From NCBI GenBank assembly GCA_036273715.1, contig DASUHB010000064.1, positions 46,495 through 110,494 on the forward strand: a DNA stretch of 64,000 bases, in the 5' to 3' direction. Below the pieces are notes generated by a model that did not search any database, was not told the origin of the DNA, and was given only the letters and a program-made list of their open reading frames with translations. Of this stretch, positions 61,987 through 64,000 are shown piece after piece (position 1 is the stretch's first letter; each line of letters starts with the position of its first letter). This DNA is from Gemmatimonadaceae bacterium. Its GTDB lineage: Bacteria; Gemmatimonadota; Gemmatimonadetes; Gemmatimonadales; Gemmatimonadaceae. The position numbers were made by a program, and so were the translations under genes.

Positions 61987-64000
61987 ATGAGCGAGCGGCG
62001 CGTTAGGCGGCTGCTGCGGCTGTCGGAGGGCCGCGATCGCGTGGGCGCGGAGATGGACGAAGAGGTGGCGTTCCATCTGCAGCAGCGCGTGGAGCAGCTC
62101 GTGGCGCGCGGCCTGTCGCCGGAGGATGCGCGGGCCGAAGCGCTCGCGCGATTCGGACCCATCGAGCTGGCGACGCAGCGGCTCCGCGAGTCCGCCGTGC
62201 AGCGCGAGCGGCGCCGCGAAGGGCGCGAACGCGCCGGCATGCTCCGGCGAGACCTCGCATACAGCATTCGCTCGCTGCGCCGCAGCCCGGTGTTTGCCGC
62301 GGCGGCGATCGTGACTCTTGCGTTGGGCATCGGCGCCAACAGCGCCGTGGCGGGGTTGATCCGCGCGGTGCTGCTCCGGACGCCGCCCTACACGGCGCCC
62401 TCGCGGCTGGTGATGGTGTGGGAGCGCTTGCCGGCGTTAGGCGGAAGCGGCGACCGGTTGGGCGCGTCGCTGCCGGAATTCGTGGACTATCGAGACCGGA
62501 ACCGGGTCTTCTCGGCGATGGCGGGCTTCGAGAACAATGAGCTCGACCTGACTGGCGACGGGCCGCCCGAGCGTCTCGCCGCGGCGGAAGTGACCAGCAA
62601 TCTCTTTGCGACGCTTGGCGTCCGGCCGGTCCTCGGCCGGGATTTCACCGCGGCGGACGGGCAGGAAGGTGCCGGCAAGGTCGCGATCCTGAGCTACCCG
62701 TTGTGGCAGAGTCGCTTCGGCGGCGATGCATCCGTCGTTGGGCGCGTGGTTCGTTTGAACGAGGAATCGTTCACGGTGGTTGGCGTGATGCCGCGCGGGT
62801 TCGAGTTTCCGTGGCCGGGCATGCCGCTCTCCGACAAGGCGGACCTCTGGACGCCTCTCGTGTTCACGCGCGCCGCGCTCGCCGCTCGCGCGGAGAGCTA
62901 CGATGTGCGGATGGTCGCGCGCCTCGCGCCGGGTGTGACGCTCGACCATGCCCGCGCCGACCTCACGAGAATCGTCGACGGGTTCCGCGAGGAGTATCCG
63001 CAGATTTACGCCGGGAACGTGCAGACGCAGACCATGGTCGACGGACTGGTGGCGGACGCGCGGGCGGATGCGCGCCCGCTGCTGCTGGCGCTCGCCGGCG
63101 CGGTGGTGGTGGTGCTGCTCATCGCCTGCGCCAACGCGGCGCATCTGCTGCTGGCGCGCGCCGTGTCGCGGCGGCCGGAAGTGGCGCTGCGGCGCGCGTT
63201 AGGCGCGGGCGCCGGCCACGTGGTCGGGCAGGCGCTGATCGAGGCGCTGGTGCTGGCCGCGGTCGGCGCGGGTGTAGGGATCGGGCTGGCCGCGGCGCTG
63301 GTGGGCATCATCAGGCGATTCGGACCGGACAACATCGCGGGACTGGCACAGGCGCGCATCGATGGACACGTACTGGCGTTCACCGCGGTGCTGGCGTTAG
63401 TCACAGCGCTCGTGTGCGGCGTCGTGCCGGCGCTCCGCTCGGCGAAGAGCGATGCGGGCGAGACGCTCAGATCGGGGCGACGTGATGTGGGGGGCGGACG
63501 CGGGCGGCAGAAGCTGCGAAGCGCGCTCGTGGTGTTCGAGGCGGCGAGCGCGATGGTGCTGGTGGTGAGCGCGAGCCTGCTCGTGCGCAGTTTGATTCAC
63601 GTGCTCGAGGTGCCGCCCGGATTCGATCCGGACGGCGTGGTCGTGGCGCGGACCACATTCGACTATCATCGCTACGCGAGCGACGACAAGCGTCGGACCG
63701 CCGAGCGAACGATCCTCGAGCGACTGCGTGCGCTGCCCGGCGCGCAGGCGGTTGGCTTGACGACGCATCTCCCGATTGCGGACGAGCGCGAGATCGGGTT
63801 CACGGTGGACGGCCGCGATCCGAACGAGTTTCACTGGGCTGCCAACGCGCTCGTCGGCGACGACTATTTCCGCGTGATGCGGATTCCGTTGTTGCGCGGC
63901 CGCACGTTCGGCGCGGCCGACGTCCCGAGCGCGCCCTGGTCGGCGGTGATCAACGAGAGCATGGCGCGGCACTACTGGCCTAACGGAGACGCGGTGGGCC
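61987..64000 (+). CDS. ADOP-type duplicated FtsX-like permease, 5' partial (runs off the window)
   Basis: ATG 61987. The N-terminal permease prefix domain (EMDEEVAFHLQQRVEQLVARGLSPEDARAEALARFG) is followed by LRRSPVFAAAAIVTLALGIGANSAV. The frame stays open to position 64000, which is why it is absent from the closed-ORF track. Confidence 0.8.
   Translation, partial: MSERRVRRLLRLSEGRDRVGAEMDEEVAFHLQQRVEQLVARGLSPEDARAEALARFGPIELATQRLRESAVQRERRREGRERAGMLRRDLAYSIRSLRRSPVFAAAAIVTLALGIGANSAVAGLIRAVLLRTPPYTAPSRLVMVWERLPALGGSGDRLGASLPEFVDYRDRNRVFSAMAGFENNELDLTGDGPPERLAAAEVTSNLFATLGVRPVLGRDFTAADGQEGAGKVAILSYPLWQSRFGGDASVVGRVVRLNEESFTVVGVMPRGFEFPWPGMPLSDKADLWTPLVFTRAALAARAESYDVRMVARLAPGVTLDHARADLTRIVDGFREEYPQIYAGNVQTQTMVDGLVADARADARPLLLALAGAVVVVLLIACANAAHLLLARAVSRRPEVALRRALGAGAGHVVGQALIEALVLAAVGAGVGIGLAAALVGIIRRFGPDNIAGLAQARIDGHVLAFTAVLALVTALVCGVVPALRSAKSDAGETLRSGRRDVGGGRGRQKLRSALVVFEAASAMVLVVSASLLVRSLIHVLEVPPGFDPDGVVVARTTFDYHRYASDDKRRTAERTILERLRALPGAQAVGLTTHLPIADEREIGFTVDGRDPNEFHWAANALVGDDYFRVMRIPLLRGRTFGAADVPSAPWSAVINESMARHYWPNGDAVG

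Larger units (their letters stand above)
116..63984. repeat. Dispersed over-represented heptamer GTTAGGC/GCCTAAC (104 exact copies counted by eye: 63 as GTTAGGC and 41 as GCCTAAC on the + strand)
   Basis: Manual scan of both strands; the full coordinate list is in the first finding. Copies lie inside unrelated genes in all frames, at five stop codons, and three times in non-coding DNA. Confidence 0.9.

Noticed and set aside
116-63984. The heptamer copies as a CRISPR array, tandem repeat, or telomere-like sequence (TTAGGC is the nematode telomeric hexamer).
   Set aside because: The copies are single, irregularly spaced (about 170-2460 bp apart), in both orientations and embedded in ordinary genes. 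No tandem arrays, no repeat-spacer architecture and no cas genes are present. The resemblance to a eukaryotic telomere unit is coincidental.

Overview
High-GC (about 68-70% by eye) bacterial chromosomal segment with about 50 protein genes and no rRNA, tRNA, CRISPR array, transposase, integrase or phage gene that I can support. PadR-plus-ADOP duplicated orphan permease pairs, many TAT/Sec-exported proteins and an ECF sigma module suggest an Acidobacteriota/Gemmatimonadota-like soil organism (inference only). Recognisable content, in order:
- a two-subunit molybdopterin dehydrogenase;
- an ECF sigma/anti-sigma/Spy-like module;
- an M-box riboswitch with mgtA;
- a proline-racemase-family gene beside a TAT-exported GH127 beta-L-arabinofuranosidase;
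- bioFADB;
- a CopC/TonB-receptor metal cluster;
- a CHAD-CYTH protein;
- an ergothioneine cluster (egtB-egtD-egtA-like);
- a flavoprotein disulfide reductase;
- a KdpD-like histidine kinase, a TPR-HD-GYP protein and a GGDEF protein;
- an S9 peptidase with a MarR regulator;
- a TetR-TolC-MFP-RND efflux operon;
- an SDR, two ADOP permeases and an ABC-2 exporter;
- a complete hydroxyproline catabolic operon;
- an M20 peptidase, an Omp85-like barrel and panD.
The most striking signal is not a gene. The heptamer GTTAGGC/GCCTAAC occurs 104 times by my manual count, against roughly 6-7 expected from composition. It appears in both orientations and all reading frames, is written with the rarest codons (TTA-GGC, CTA-ACN, CCT-AAC, GTT-AGG), and supplies five stop codons. 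This looks like DNA-level selection for a genome-specific word (DUS/USS-, HIP1- or Chi-like) with no function known to me. Secondary observations:
- a 113-bp imperfect palindrome and T-free tracts in intergenic DNA;
- tandem D-T-[T/V/A] sequon-like repeats right after signal peptides;
- a possible extensin/hydroxyproline-glycoprotein scavenging theme;
- a Ser/Cys proline-racemase homolog;
- a candidate PadR promoter/operator.
All coordinates, counts and family calls come from reading the sequence and ORF track by eye. No search or computation was run.
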